NCBI RefSeq assembly: GCF_009914755.1
Contig: NC_060926.1
Strand: one strand, 5' to 3'
Source of the DNA: the human T2T-CHM13v2.0 reference genome, Homo sapiens
Length of the DNA stretch: 64,000 nucleotides
Positions 28,084 through 42,101 of this stretch are shown piece after piece (the stretch's first letter is position 1; the number at the start of each line of letters is the position of its first letter). The notes under the pieces were generated by a model. It was not told where the DNA came from and ran no database searches. It was given only the letters and a program-made list of their open reading frames with translations. The position numbers were made by a program, and so were the translations under genes.

Positions 28084-29905
28084 CTTCTTACTGTCCTTTG
28101 TAGGTTTTATGCCTGTATAAAAAGTAAATTGTATTAAGGAAAAAAATGGGAAATGAAGTGAATATGACCACACAAAAAAAACTCACCTGTCTCAAATGAC
28201 ATTATCTATCCTAAATAGAAAAATTAACCTTTATCCAAAGCCTCTTTCTGCTTACTTGCTAGTTCTACTGCCTAAATATAGCCCCAGCCTCACCATTTCC
28301 CAGAATCTGCAGGAGTTGCCTTCTGCCACATCTAACTTTGAAATGATAATCCTTTGACAGCCCTTCTGTTACTTGTTTAGACTTTACATCCTGATGCACA
28401 CAAATTCACAGCCATCCAGGTGGAATCAAAATCTGAAAGGGATTCATCACTTTGAAGAAACCAGGCACATTATTTCACATTTTTTTCTATCCTTAATTTC
28501 TCCCCTGGGGATATAGCACTATATAAACTTGACAAACAATAAATAAGCAAATGAAATCAGCATCTCAGATAGGAGTTTAAGCTCAAAGACAAAAGAAGTT
28601 CAAAAAGAAATAACCTAATTAGTTTCATTAGCATTTCAATAGAATTTGGACCCCTCTGAAGGGGGTGGGGATGAGATTCCACCAAGTGTCATTGGAAATG
28701 GGCACTTTGGTACTCTTGACAAGCTAGAGAAGAAGGTAATCATTTTACTTAACTTGTTTTTTAGGTTCACTCATTTAAAAGAACTAACAGTTCCATTGCT
28801 CTTGGCAGAATACAACTGTGATTGCAGCTTTTCTATTCAGTGCACTGGAAATATCAGTGAATTTCTCCAACTGAGAGTGAGACATTGGCAGTATTTCCCG
28901 ATAGTATGTGTCTGTTGTTATTATTTTTCTCCTCTACCTGTTGACAGTTTGATTTTGATAAACTTTTCAAGAATACCTAAATAATATAATAATCTAAATC
29001 ATTGTCACAAAAGAATATAGAAACAGATAAATACATTAATTCAGCAGCCTCAGAGTCTGATGAGTTGCATTAATCACACCAATGAGCGCTTAATGTGGTT
29101 AATTTCAAAAGCAGCAGGATTTAAGCACATACATACTTCCAAAGCTACATAATTTGGAGCAAGGAGGTGTATGAGCATGAAAATACCACATTATATACTC
29201 CTTGTGTCATACCTAGTTCCTTTTTGTTAAGATCTATTCTATTTATTCAGGGTAGCTTATAACTGAAAACTTATAAATTAAGTTTTTACATAGAGAAGTT
29301 TAAGCAATAAATTTTATTTATCCTATATCATAAAACCCTGAATGCTATAAATTCTATCTATATAGGACATGTTTTCATAATTCAGAGTTGATCAACTCTT
29401 TGTAGAAATTGTAAAATTTTAATTTTTTTATGGAAATGCAAAGTAAATGTATATATTTTTAGCAGAACTACTGAACATTTTTTCTCTTAAGGGTTGGGAG
29501 AATAATATTAAAAAAACATTAAAATGGAGTAATAGAATAATAGAGAGGAAGCATAGATGTGATATATGCTAGCATTGTCTCTAAAGTCTGAATCACTTGA
29601 ATGAGGAAGAAGGATAATGAAAGACAAAAGAAGAATCAGTGATAGTATAGTATTATCATAGTACTAATGTAACACAGTATAACTTTATACTGAAAAATTT
29701 ATCTCATTTTTGAATGTTCTATTTATCAGTGGCGGAGACTATGTAAAAATGTTTATGTCTATGTATAAAAACTGAAAAATAAAGATAGAAAAATAAAGAA
29801 AAAGAGTTGATGCAGGAGAGAATATGGGTTATGAGTGAACTAAAAACTTGAACGTGTTGTTTACCAATGAAAATAATATTTCAGATCTGATAAAGCCCAT
29901 GACAT

Positions 29906-30416
29906 TGTGAACCCCGATAATATGAGACAGGTCACAGTTAATTCAGAAACAGATTTCTAATTTTTTTTTTGCCATGGTTTTTGAAATTTATTTATTTTCA
30001 TTTTTATTTTTATTTTTTGCCATTGTTGAGGACACACACCCATGACACAGCCTCCGGAGGTCCTGACGACATGTGTCCAAGGTGGTCAGGGCGCAGTTTG
30101 ACCTTATACGTTTTAGGGAGATATGAGATATTAATCAACATAAGTAAGATAAACATTGGTTTGGTCTGGAAAGGTGGGACAACTCAAAGCTAGGAGGGCA
30201 CTTCCAGGTCATAGGTAGATAAGAGACAAATGGTTGCCTTCTTTTGAGTTTCTGATCTCCTCTTCAAAGGAGGCAAGCAGATAGGCATTTATCTCAGTGA
30301 GCAGGGTGGTGACTTTGAGTAGAATGGGAGGCAAATTTGCCCCTAAGCAGTTCTCAGCTTCACTTTTCCCTTTAGCTTAGTGATTTGGGGGCCCCAAGAT
30401 TTATTTTCCTTTCACA
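29906..30416 (-). mobile_element. MER4A/MER4A1 solo LTR (ERV1)
   Basis: gacacagcctccggaggtcctgacgacatgtg...ccccaagatttattttcctttcaca; TSD acat/atat. Confidence 0.85.
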
Positions 30417-30709
30417 ATATCCTCTCTAAGGAATGGATATTGGCAATGATATTATGTAAACCCAGTAATTGTTTTGTAAATTTCTACCGTGCATATAGTA
30501 TTGTGCTTCATATTGTAGAGACATAAAATATAGTAGAAAGTACATGCCATTTATCCTTAAAGAATATCAAGTTCACTTTAAACTGTAATTAGGAATGCTA
30601 CAAAATGTCATTCGTTTTCCTTTTCTTTGCAATCAATTTTCCGTCATGGTACGTGGCTGATGGACACACTATGGGTGCTTTTACGTCACCAAAATAAGAA
30701 GAAGCAAAA

Positions 30710-30955
30710 TGTAGCTGCCATTTAGAGAACATTTGCTATGTGGCATATGCTGCGTTAAGCATATCATATTCTTCATTTAATTAAACATCCACTATAAATG
30801 TGCCGAGTTTTTTTCTTAACTCTTTAACAAATGAGGAAAAAGAATCTTGGAGAGGTTAAGCACAATTTCCAAATTCTCATGAGTATTAAATATTAGAAGT
30901 GGGATGTTAATACAATACTATTAGAATTCACTCCTGTGCTCTTTGCTACTGCATA
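30710..30955 (-). mobile_element. MIR
   Basis: MIR core tttaacaaatgaggaaaa...gagaggttaag. Confidence 0.65.
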
Positions 30956-31024
30956 ATGTCATTTCTACAGAACAAGCATTTCCTGTTAAGTTTAAAACTT
31001 TGCATTATAGCTTTATTGTTTTCT

Positions 31025-31215
31025 TAGAGTGTGAACCAAGACATCTGCAATCCAACTTCTTGAGATCAAAATTCAGGCTCAATCTTTAATCTTGAAGTCT
31101 TGGGCAAGGTTCTCATTCTGTGTATCAGAGTTCCTATATGTAAAATGAGGATAATAATATGAGAGTTAAATGCTTAACAGCATACAAGGCCCATGGTAAT
31201 GTTGTGTTACTATTA
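31025..31215 (+). mobile_element. MIR
   Basis: cttgggcaagg...gttcctatatgtaaaatgaggataataata. Confidence 0.6.
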
Positions 31216-31644
31216 TTTTATTGAGTTAGCTAAAAACATATAAAAGTTTAATTTTAAAAAATTAACTATACAATCATTTATTTATAGTAAAGAAAAAAAT
31301 GCTATATCACATTGACCTTTACTTACTCAAACAAAAAATAGCTTTGATCTCCAAAGACAGAGGTGATAAAACATAAGTTCGAGAAAGCATTACAGGTGCA
31401 TTGAATACAAAGGAGTCACAAAAACAGGAGCAATCAATTTTGTCAAGAAAGAATGCAGAAAAACTCTTTGTAGAAAATGATACCTGACTTTAAATATCCC
31501 AAGTTCCAAAATAATCAATAATGTTCAAATACTATGGCATAAATAATCAGAGCCTGCCAATAAATAAGTATAAAAATTTTAATTAGAATAAGATTTGTAG
31601 TAGTTAAAATCTGAAATCAGAGTATGTTTGCAAACACAGTATCA

Positions 31645-33599
31645 TGATTGAGATTAGTTTTCTTATAAAAGAGGCAAAGGGAGCTCATTTGTCCCTTCCA
31701 CAATGGGAGGACACAGTGAGAAAGTGCCGTGTATGAACCAGAATGTAAGCCCTTTGCTAAACACTGAATTTGCTAGCATATTAATCTTGACTTCACAGCC
31801 TCCAGAACTCTGAGAAATAAATTTTCATTGCTTATAAGCCACCCATTTTATGGTACTTTGTTACAGCAACCTGTATATACTAAGACAGAAAGATAGGGCC
31901 TAGAAGTGGGGATGCTGTTATAATAAATAACTAAAAATGTAGAAAGGGTTTGGAACTGGGTAATAGATAAAAGCTAGAGTTTTGAGGTCTATGCTAGAAA
32001 ATGTCTGCACTGTCATGAACAGACCATTAAGGACTATTCTGGTAGGGGACCAGAAAGAAAATAGTAGAGCTAAAGAGAAAGTTTCAGTCTTCTTAGAGCA
32101 TAGGTAAGTGGTCATAAAAAGAATGTTGGTAGAAATATAGACAGTAAGGGCCATTCTTTTGAGAGCTCCCATGGAAATGAGGAAAATGCTATTGGACAAT
32201 GGAGTAAAAGCCATGCTTATTATAAAATAACAAAGAAACTCGCTGACTTATGTGCATGTTCTAGTGTTTTGTGAAAGGTAGAACTTATGAGAAATGAAAT
32301 TGGATATTTGGCTGAGGAAATTTCTAAGCAGAGTTGAAGGTACAACTTGGCTTCTCTTGAGTACTTACAGGAAAAGAAAAAGTGAGAAGAGATAAATAAT
32401 TTAAAGGCCGAATTGTTAAAAAAAAAAAGGAAGCAGAAATAAAAATTTGTCAAATTCTCAGCCTATCCATAATGAAAAAACGGTGAAACTCTGTTCAGAG
32501 GAGAACAAGAGGGTGGCCATTTGTTAAGAAGACTGATATTAATCAGCCATCTCAACAGAAGCCAGGACCTATTGCCCAACTAGGAAATGCAAAATAGAAG
32601 AATAACAATGGGAGAATAACCCCAATGGCATTTTGGAGATTATCAGGGCTGACCCTTCCATCAAAGTTTCAGAGTGCAAGGACGTACTTCTACTGCCACG
32701 TGCTGCCTCACATTGCAGGCTCCATTCCCTGCACTTTGTTTGATATCATGCAGTGTGACCTGTATCCAGCAAAGCCATGGGAATGGAGTTGCCCAAAGCC
32801 ATGGAGGCAGGAATCCCTGAAGCCTTGGGGACTCACCCTCTGCTCCAGTGTGTCCAAAAGGTGGGAACTCTGCCCCACTGGTCCTGGAAGGCAGATCCTC
32901 AAGTCAAGCCTTAAGGTTGTGAATTAGCTCAGGACATAGGTATCCTTTTTTTCTTTCTTATTTATCACTTTAAAAATGAGACTGCCTATCCTACGCCTTT
33001 CCCACCATTTTATTTTGGAAGCACATTATGTTGGATTTTACAGGTTCATGGCTAGAGGGGAATTTGCCTCAGGATAATTGTACTTTGAGTCTCACCCATA
33101 TCTGATTTAGATGATACTTTGGATTTAGACTTTTGAGTCAATGCTGGAATGAGTTAAGAGTTTTAAGGTTATTGGGATGAAACTAATGGATTTTTCATGT
33201 GAAAAGGACATAAGTTTGGGGAGACTAGGAGGTGAAATGCTATGCCCTAAATGTCTTTGTTCCTCTAAAATTCATATGTTGAAGTCCTAACCTTCCACAT
33301 GATAATATTATGAGGTGAGGCATTTAGGAGGTGATTAGATCATGAGGGTGGAGCCCTTGTAAATGTGATTAGTGCCCTTATAAATAGGTCATAGAGAGAT
33401 TGTTCAACATTTGCCCCATGTGAGGACACAGTGAGAAGAGGCCACCTATGAATCAGAAAGTAGGCCCTCACCAGACACTAAATCTGCTGGCGCCTTGATC
33501 TTAAATTTCTCAGCCTCCAGAACTGTGAAAAATATACTTCTGTTGTTTATAAGCTACAGAATTTATGGTGTGTTATAGCAGCCCAAATGGACTAAAATA
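31645..33599 (+). mobile_element. MLT1A0-like MaLR provirus: truncated 5' LTR (about 31645-31887), internal region (31888-33237), 3' LTR (33238-33599)
   Basis: Two direct LTR copies (gaggacacagtgagaa...cagcctccagaact..ga); MaLR internal start; purine-rich tract before the 3' LTR. Confidence 0.85.
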
Positions 33600-33929
33600 T
33601 ATCTCAAAATACAGAATAACATTTCAATGTATCTAAATGTATTTTGTCCTGATTAAATCTAGTAGGTCCAAAGCAACTAATTACAAAATTGCTCTCTTCA
33701 CAAAAACAATGTAAAAAACAAGTGTGACAGTGATAAAACTCTAATATATGGTTAATAGGTGTCATTAATTCAAAGAATAATCGGATTAATCACTAACCCC
33801 CAACCCTCAAAAAGAAATTCACTTGTGCCTAAATCTTACAGACCCCATAGGAAACAAATTGGGTTAGTGATTTATACACATTATGACCCCAGTCTTAAAT
33901 AATTAATGACTTCACCAAATAACCATTGA

Positions 33930-34328
33930 GATTCTGTGAAGAATTTTACAAAATCATCAGTAATGGCAAACAAATTTCCATCAACTATGCTAGAGTAATA
34001 ATTAAATTATTTTTCTTAACTCTTTATAGAAAGTATTCCTAGAAAATTATGATATAAACAGATATCAAGTTTCATAGCCAAAAGATGTAGAGAAAAAAAT
34101 AATTATAGATGTGTCAGTAAATTAATTTGAATATTATGCTATTTTTCTGTATTGTGTAAAACTTGAAGCATTTGTCAACATCCTTAACATATAATTTATT
34201 ATGCATTTTTTCTTAAATAAATTATAACATTCACACATAATTTTGTCTTTATGACTTTGTGTTCTTTCAAAAATATAATCCCCATTTTGTATAAGTTTTA
34301 GTCTCTGGAAAACATGGATTCATCTCTA
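33930..34328. mobile_element. MER115/Zaphod-like hAT-Tip100 fragment
   Basis: gccaaaagatgtagagaaaaaaataattatagatgtgtcagtaaattaat...gtataagttttagtctctggaaaacatggattcatctct. Confidence 0.55.
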
Positions 34329-36169
34329 AATAACAAATATAATTAGCAGTAATAAAGTCTTTGTAAAGCCTTTTCATGCTGCTTCCCAAAATTGATGTGA
34401 ATGATGCTAATAAGTAGGTAAATTCTTTTGCAGTTCAGATAGTTTCTATCTTTTGAGGATTTAAATGAGTTGACTCTTAATAGATCATTAAAAATAATTT
34501 TGGTGATCTATTGCTGTGTTATGTTTTGACAAAAACCTACAAAGGAATTTTAAAAATGGAGCAAACACTTCTATATCAAAATTTCTTCTGTGTTCACCTA
34601 ATTATTTAGGTAAACAAGATTTCTCAGTGCTTACATCTATGAAAAAAATAACGTTAACTGTTCATCCCTATCATGCTAGCAATAAGTTAAATTCATCCAT
34701 TAGTACATAAATCAGTTGGAAAAAAAAGCCACTGAAATGTCATTAAGACATAAATTCTACTGCTTTTGCTTGACAATCAAAATTTAAAATATACACACTA
34801 CTGTTTGTATAACAATAGTTATAACTGAATGCAGTGAAATATTTAACACAATTTTAATTATTAGGATCACAAGAAAAAATAATTTTCATACATGTATACT
34901 CATATTACACACATGTACATATATGTAAAGTTAGAAATTAGCCAATAAGCAATTTCAAACATTAATAATTATAGTTAATAGCAATGATATTCTATGGACT
35001 GCATAAAAAAGAAGTAGGAGTTTAAGGGAAACACACAGTATTCTAAAATGGCACATGCTCAAAGACCTAATTTGTTTGTATTTAAATAGGTTAGATTGGA
35101 TATGAAATTATTATGGTATTTAGATTTCATTAGTTACATTTAAAGGAATAAAGAGCCAGTTTCATTTTTAAATGTCAATAGTTACATCATGGTGGAGACT
35201 ATCTCCTTTGCAGGTACTTAAAATTATAATAAATTCTTAGATTTCTATCTTAAGATATTTGCGGGGAGCACATAGTTTTTCCAAATTATTTTTATACTCA
35301 AAGGGAAAACATTTGAACACTGTGCTATGGAATTCCATGTGATACTTAATACAAATAATGTAAATACATATGTATTTACCTGGAAAACTATCTGCAACAT
35401 ATTGCTTAATTGTAAACACAAGATTTTGAATGTACCTAGATGTTGAAATGGGACTTACCCTGTCTTGGTTTCTACTGACATATCAACTAAATTGTATTCA
35501 TATACTAAAATGGGAATGTGAAAATTCCCCACACCAATATACAAAACCTACTAATAAGATAATTAAGAAATTGCTCAGAATCTGTGTTGATAAATGTGTT
35601 TAGAGTGTGTAAAAAAGGTTGAATTGTTGAGAGCTCCTATTGACAGCCTGCTACTGAAATGATATCTTTCAAAAGACAGGGGCTAGGGAGGACCTATCTT
35701 TTAATCCAGAGCCTACTGTATGAAAGGCTTTGAGCTGGTCACTCTAAGAGCTTTAAATATATTATCTGCAGTGTAGGACACTGTGGACTCCTCCAGGAAC
35801 ATTGAAAGCAGCAGATCTGCCTAAGGTATTAAGTTAAGAAGTTGGGAGAGGGCTGTCACTTTGAGGGTGACCCACATATTTTCTCAGTGGTTTGATGACC
35901 AAAAAATACATGAATGTTTTCTACAGACTAGTGTTGGACCACATTGGAGAAAGAGAAACACTTCAATGCTGTTTTCAGTCCTTCCTAGAAAGTGAGAAGA
36001 CCCCAGTAAACATATTCTATGTAGGATAGACCATTGGTGAGCCCAGAGGCTGAGAAACAAGCAGAAAAATAGAAGGCATCATCTACATCAAGTTGGTTAT
36101 AGCCAGGAGATCTGAAGCAATGGAAACCCACAAAGAGCCTTCCAAAGTATCCTGTATCAGGCAGAACGC

Positions 36170-36500
36170 TGAGTCTATATTGTGGTTACTAAATACAAAA
36201 CAAAACAAAGAAATCTGAATAACTTAAAAACAACCAATGTTTATTTTTTACCCCGATTCTATCTATGTTGGTATGGCAGGAGTGGTTAATGAACTGGAGA
36301 GACCAAAAGTGGGTTTAATTGCTCATGCTCTCACTTGTGATTCAAGCTACCTGGATTTCCACCATAGAATGTTTCAAGTCAGAAGAGAGTCCTAGAATGC
36401 CTCACACAGGCAATGAGCTTCTCAGACTGAGAGTTAACACGTAGGTCTCTGCCCACAATCCATTAACCAGAACTAATAAGTAAGATAACATAAGAAGGCT
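36170..36500 (-). mobile_element. Old MLT1 (J/K-like) LTR remnant
   Basis: aacttaaaaacaaccaatgtttattttt; tctctgcccacaatccattaaccagaacta. Confidence 0.45.
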
Positions 36501-36745
36501 ATCAAAAAATCTCAGTAACATACTTCAAAAGAGAAAGAGTCATTTTCAACCACATTATAGCTGAGGAGTCAGAGTCACTTAGATTCTCTCTTTTCCTTTC
36601 TTCGGCCAGGAGTATTCTGAAAAAGCAGCTCACAATTGGGAGAACAGTAGGTTTTGGAGAAATAGCAGGAGTCAATGTCTTCTCTGGAAGTAGGCAGTCA
36701 CCAGCTCTAAGCTTTTTAGCTGGAGAACAGAGTGAGGAAATTAAT

Positions 36746-36852
36746 CCTTCCTTCCTTCCTTCCTTCCTTCCTTCCTTCCTTCCTTCCTTCCTTCCTTCCT
36801 TCCTTCTTTCCCTCCCTCCCTCCCTCTCTCTCTCTTTCTTTCTGTTCTTTCT

Positions 36853-36855
<3 letters not shown>
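36746..36855. repeat. (CCTT)n/(CCCT)n/(CT)n microsatellite forming the tail of the adjacent Alu
   Basis: Directly visible. Confidence 0.95.
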
Positions 36856-37076
<221 letters not shown>

Positions 37077-37837
37077 AATGGAATATCCGAGTGTTAGTTA
37101 ATATTGTTCTACATATTTAATTTATAAATTGAAAGTTTTAATTTATTTTTAATAAAGTGATATGACAATCTGTTACCTACAAGTAAACATTAAATTCACA
37201 AGATATTTTTTAATCTACAAATAGGAAATACTATCACTCATTACATATATTTTAAAGATAAGAGACAAAAGTAGTTAAATGTAATAGTTAGAAGAGCAGT
37301 GAATACAATATGACAATATAAGTTCACATTTCTGAATATATATGCAAATTTTTAAATGGCAAGAGAAACATTAAATGGATGAGTGGTGACCAGCCAGGGG
37401 ACACCAGAGCTGTTATGATTTCTACTTGATTTGATTATACAGCATTGTTTTGCACAAACAGTTTGTCATAAAATAAGTATAACATAATTACCAGGATCTA
37501 CTTTAGTGATATTTGAGTAAGGAGGTCTCAAAAGTTGAAGTGTCACATTTTTGGAGTTTTCTTCAGTATACTTTCACAGGCAATAATCCATCACTCATAT
37601 TTCATTGTGACCTCATTTTGTCCAATAGTAAGTGAAAGCATTTTTCTTATCTATCTTCTTTTTAAAAATATCTCCTCCAAATTAATATTTACATTTTGCA
37701 TTTGTTATAAAAAATTTGAGACCTCATAATCTTTTAAAACTCTTCAAAAGTTTTTTAAGTGGCTATTTTTTCTAAAAATGTTTTGAATAATCACCTGCTA
37801 AAGATTAAGTACAATCTCAGTTACTACCAATTTTCTA

Positions 37838-37960
37838 TCCTTACTATTCAAAGTGTGGTCAAGCAACATGGCTAGGGGGTCTACCTCAGACCCAGTGAAT
37901 TAGAATCTGCCCTTTAACAAGAACACTAGATGATTCTTATATCCATTAGAGGTGAAGACT
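37838..37960. mobile_element. MER5B-like fragment
   Basis: ttactattcaaagtgtggtc...cagacccagtgaattagaatctgccctttaacaaga...gatgattctta. Confidence 0.6.
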
Positions 37961-39072
37961 TTTTTTTCTAAAATTCATACCATACTAGAGCAAGATTTTA
38001 CCTTTCAAAAACACCAACAATTCTACAAATCTCTAGTCTTAAAACTTTTCTAAATCTTAGGTATATATTGACTAACAGATATTTTCCAATTTCTTACATT
38101 TCTTATAATTCCTTCAACTTAATCTAGATTCTCATGTCAACTTATCATTGTGCTCATAAAAATGTCTAAACCATTGATTACTGATTATTTTCTTTTACTA
38201 TCTATCATCATTCATCTACATTTTATTCTTGGCATAGAATAGATTTCACCATGTGTCATTATGATCACCTTCTTACAAATGTCCTTAACTCCTTTGCACT
38301 TCTCACCTTCCATATGTAAGTCTGGCAAAATCTGAGCCTATGTGAAACCTAAACATTTAGTTTCTTTTCACCCACACCCTTTTGCTCAAATGTTGTTAAA
38401 GCAAATCACATGGACACGCTGACTACTCTCACTTTAGGGACAGAACTATGAATCATAAATGGGCAACCAATGCTTCCAGGCAGCCTTCTACACTCTCCTT
38501 TTCTTTCCTTTGCTTTCCCCTTTTATGTCCCAATTAAATGATTACTACATCTTCACTATAATACATTATAACAATGCAGAAAATTATAAATAAGGAAGTA
38601 AAAACTTCTGGAATCTCAACAGGCTGAGACAGTCATTATTATCATTTTGATTGTCACCCTTTCATTCACCTATTTATGCAATTATAAATATATACTTCTC
38701 CATAAATGGAATTATACTATTTATGTTATATTAATGTAAGGTGACTTTCCCTCTCCTGCCCCATTCTTTCTCTTGCATCAGCACTGAAACTGTGATATCC
38801 CTGTCACTCGCCTCTATAGTTTCTCCTTCTTGTGTGTATACACAAACAGCTCTATGTAAGGAGGTGTGTGTGTGTGTGAATATAGTCAGTCACTGTTTGC
38901 TTTACATAATGAAATTATATTTAACTCTATAAATCTTGCTTTTTTATACATTACCATGCATCCTAGAAATTATTCTAAGTCAACTGGCTTATAGTTAATA
39001 TATTCAAATTCATATAATAGTCTAGCAGCAAAATTTATTCAGCCATTCTCCAATAATAAACATTCATGCATG

Positions 39073-39510
39073 AATAGCAAAGACCCATGGAATCAACCTA
39101 AATGCCAATCAATAGTAGACTGGATAAAGAAAATATGATACATATTTATACCATGGAATACTATGCAGCCATAAGAAAGAATGAGATCATGTCCTTTGCA
39201 GCAACATGGATGAGCTGGAGGCCATTATCATAAGCAAACTAAAGTAGGAAAAGAAAACCAAAACCAAATGCCACTAAACAATGAGAATACATCAACACAA
39301 AGAAGGGCACAAAAGATGAGGAGGGCTATGTAAGGGGGGCAGGTAGGAGAACGGAGATAATCAATAAACTACCTATCAGGTACTATGCTTATTACTGGAG
39401 GCATGAAATCATCTGTCCACCAAACACTCATGACACATAGTTTACCTAAATAACAAACCTGCGTATGTACCCTTGAGCCTAAAATTAAAATTTGAACAAA
39501 ACAAAACAGT
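39073..39510 (+). mobile_element. 5'-truncated L1PA16-like 3' end inserted into an older antisense L1ME
   Basis: atggaatcaacctaaatgcc...gagatcatgtcctttgcagcaacatgga...aaactacctatcaggtactatgcttattac; A-rich tail. Confidence 0.85.
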
Positions 39511-40765
39511 AAAATACACATGCTTTGGCCACTGTAGATAATATTACTGCAAACATTCTATATACAGGTCTTGTGGATTGGTAATATGCATACGAATTAG
39601 ATTTCTGTGTTTATAATTTTTCAGTAAAAGGTTATGAGTATTTTGAAAATTTACTGTATCTACCCAGAATGCCAAAAAGATGTTATTTTTTCACATTTAT
39701 AACAGATCTTTATTAGATCTTCATACAATGTTTGTAAGGTTAATAGTTGAATGCAGTATCTAGCTGTAAGCTTAATTTCCATTTCTCTGACTATTGGTAT
39801 ATTTATTTTTTCAATGAGTTTGTCAGTATTAGCACAACAAAAATAATCTTTTAAATCCAAGCATTCTCCTAAAATTCAAGTGTCTTTCCAGAGAAGAGTA
39901 AGGAATCATGTAATGACTTCTAGGCCTTGGGCCTAGAGATAATCCTGGGATAGAGATGTGAATGAGGAAGTTCAGAAGGGAAGAAACAACTGAAAGGAAC
40001 TGGGACGGAGTGAATGAAATTAGGGAAATAAAGAGGGACTAAAGAGCTGCAGATCTGTTGCTCATCTGAAGTAAGTTCTATATGAACTGAAAGATAACTT
40101 GATAGGAAAAATAAATATTTTGCTTATCTTCAAAGTACTGGTATGCTTAAAAAGTTTTCCAATATTAATAACATCTTCTTTCTGGCAGTGCAATTTATGT
40201 GAAGTGCCATCTGATGGAGAAATAACTGAAAACGTGATTTATGGATGGAAAACTCAGGAGAACCAGTTAAGGTCAGAGTGGGCCTGCAGGCTTCATTCAG
40301 CCTGACCTTTTGAATCCTGATTTCAACAAAGCTGATAGTCATTTTACAGACTATCTCCTCACTTATTAGGGCTTTCATAAACCAATCAACCTAATAAAAA
40401 GATTATTATCAATGATTGATTACATGATTCTTACATCATGATCAGATATGTCTAGGCTTGAAGTTTTCACCTTTACCAGAGATCTACTCATCAAGAATAT
40501 ACAGAGACCAAAATGTTTCTATGTAGATCCAAATGAAACATGGAGTTTGCTTTAAAGTATTTAAAGTATTACCGGTGAATAAACTGGTGAACTAGATGAA
40601 ACCAGAATGGCATATTACTGATAATTGTTGAAGTTATGCAATGAGTTTAGGCAATTTTTTTTTTACATTTCTCCTTCTTTCCTATAATATAAACAAAAAA
40701 TAAGAGAATTATGTATGGGGTCAAACAGAGAAGACTGACTGAGATTTCTTTCTTTCTGCCCACAA

Positions 40766-40766
<1 letters not shown>

Positions 40767-40814
<48 letters not shown>

Positions 40815-40846
40815 ATCTATCTATCTATCATCATCTATCTATCTAC
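40767..40846. repeat. Compound (TATC)n tetranucleotide STR
   Basis: (TATC)12 at 40767-40814, followed by ATC/TATC interruptions. Confidence 0.95.
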
Positions 40847-41773
40847 ATCTTTACTCATTTTGAATAGGTACTATATTGTTACTTTGATCTGTTTCTGTGG
40901 GAATATGTATGTACATATTTGAAGTTGCAAATACCTGTCATGTTTTTTAATTAGTCTGTTAGCAAAAATGCAGAATTCTGCCCTTGGTACTTTAATTTAA
41001 ATTTGTATTCCTTCTTGTGTGCTTACTTTTCTAGAAATAATTTTCTCCCCTTTATTTGACATTTTGATACTAAAATTTTACATTATGAATAAAGCAATAC
41101 ATTGGGGAAAATTGAGCTGTGTTTCAGAAACAAGATTGTAAGTCCTCAGTAAGCTATTTTCTCAACAGTCTTAAGTTGAGAAGGATTTAAGGATTTATTC
41201 TGCCTTTCAGCATTAGCTTCATAAATACTTGCCTGTTCCTTTTATGAGTTAAGAAAGGAGTCCTTTAGGTGGATAACTTAGCACCTGGAGTGTCCTAGAT
41301 TCTGCAAAACATTTTGAAGAAATGTAGCATTTCTGTCCCTGAAGCATGTCATTTTAAGTTCAGGCAATTCAAACAATTCACATACGATTTTCTTCAATTA
41401 ATAAAAAGAGGGAACTTCTAGAAATCTTTTGATCTGGAACTACCTACTTTAAAGTTCAAAATTTTTTAAAAAGAGAGAAAGCTTGAAAGTTCAGAGGGAA
41501 GGTCAGCGGCAGAAAATATATGTTGAAAATGAGAGCTATAAGTGATAAGCAAATAAAAACTAGGGCAGAATGAGAGAGAATCTATAGATAGAAGAAAAAC
41601 ATCTAAAACTTAGCAGCTCCACATTGGTCAAGGTTACTGAAATATGCAGCTCCCACTGTAGGAAAGAGAGAGAGAGACTGATATGCTGAGGCGCTGAGCT
41701 AACTCCCTTCTCCAATCCATTGGCGTGTTATACATTAAGATGACTCAATGTTGGTAAAGTTTTCTTGATTATC

Positions 41774-42101
<328 letters not shown>

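Noticed and set aside
28187-28210. Minus-strand 24-nt microexon with a perfect CAG|GTGAGT donor
   Set aside because: Stop codons in all three frames and no other support; it could only be non-coding.
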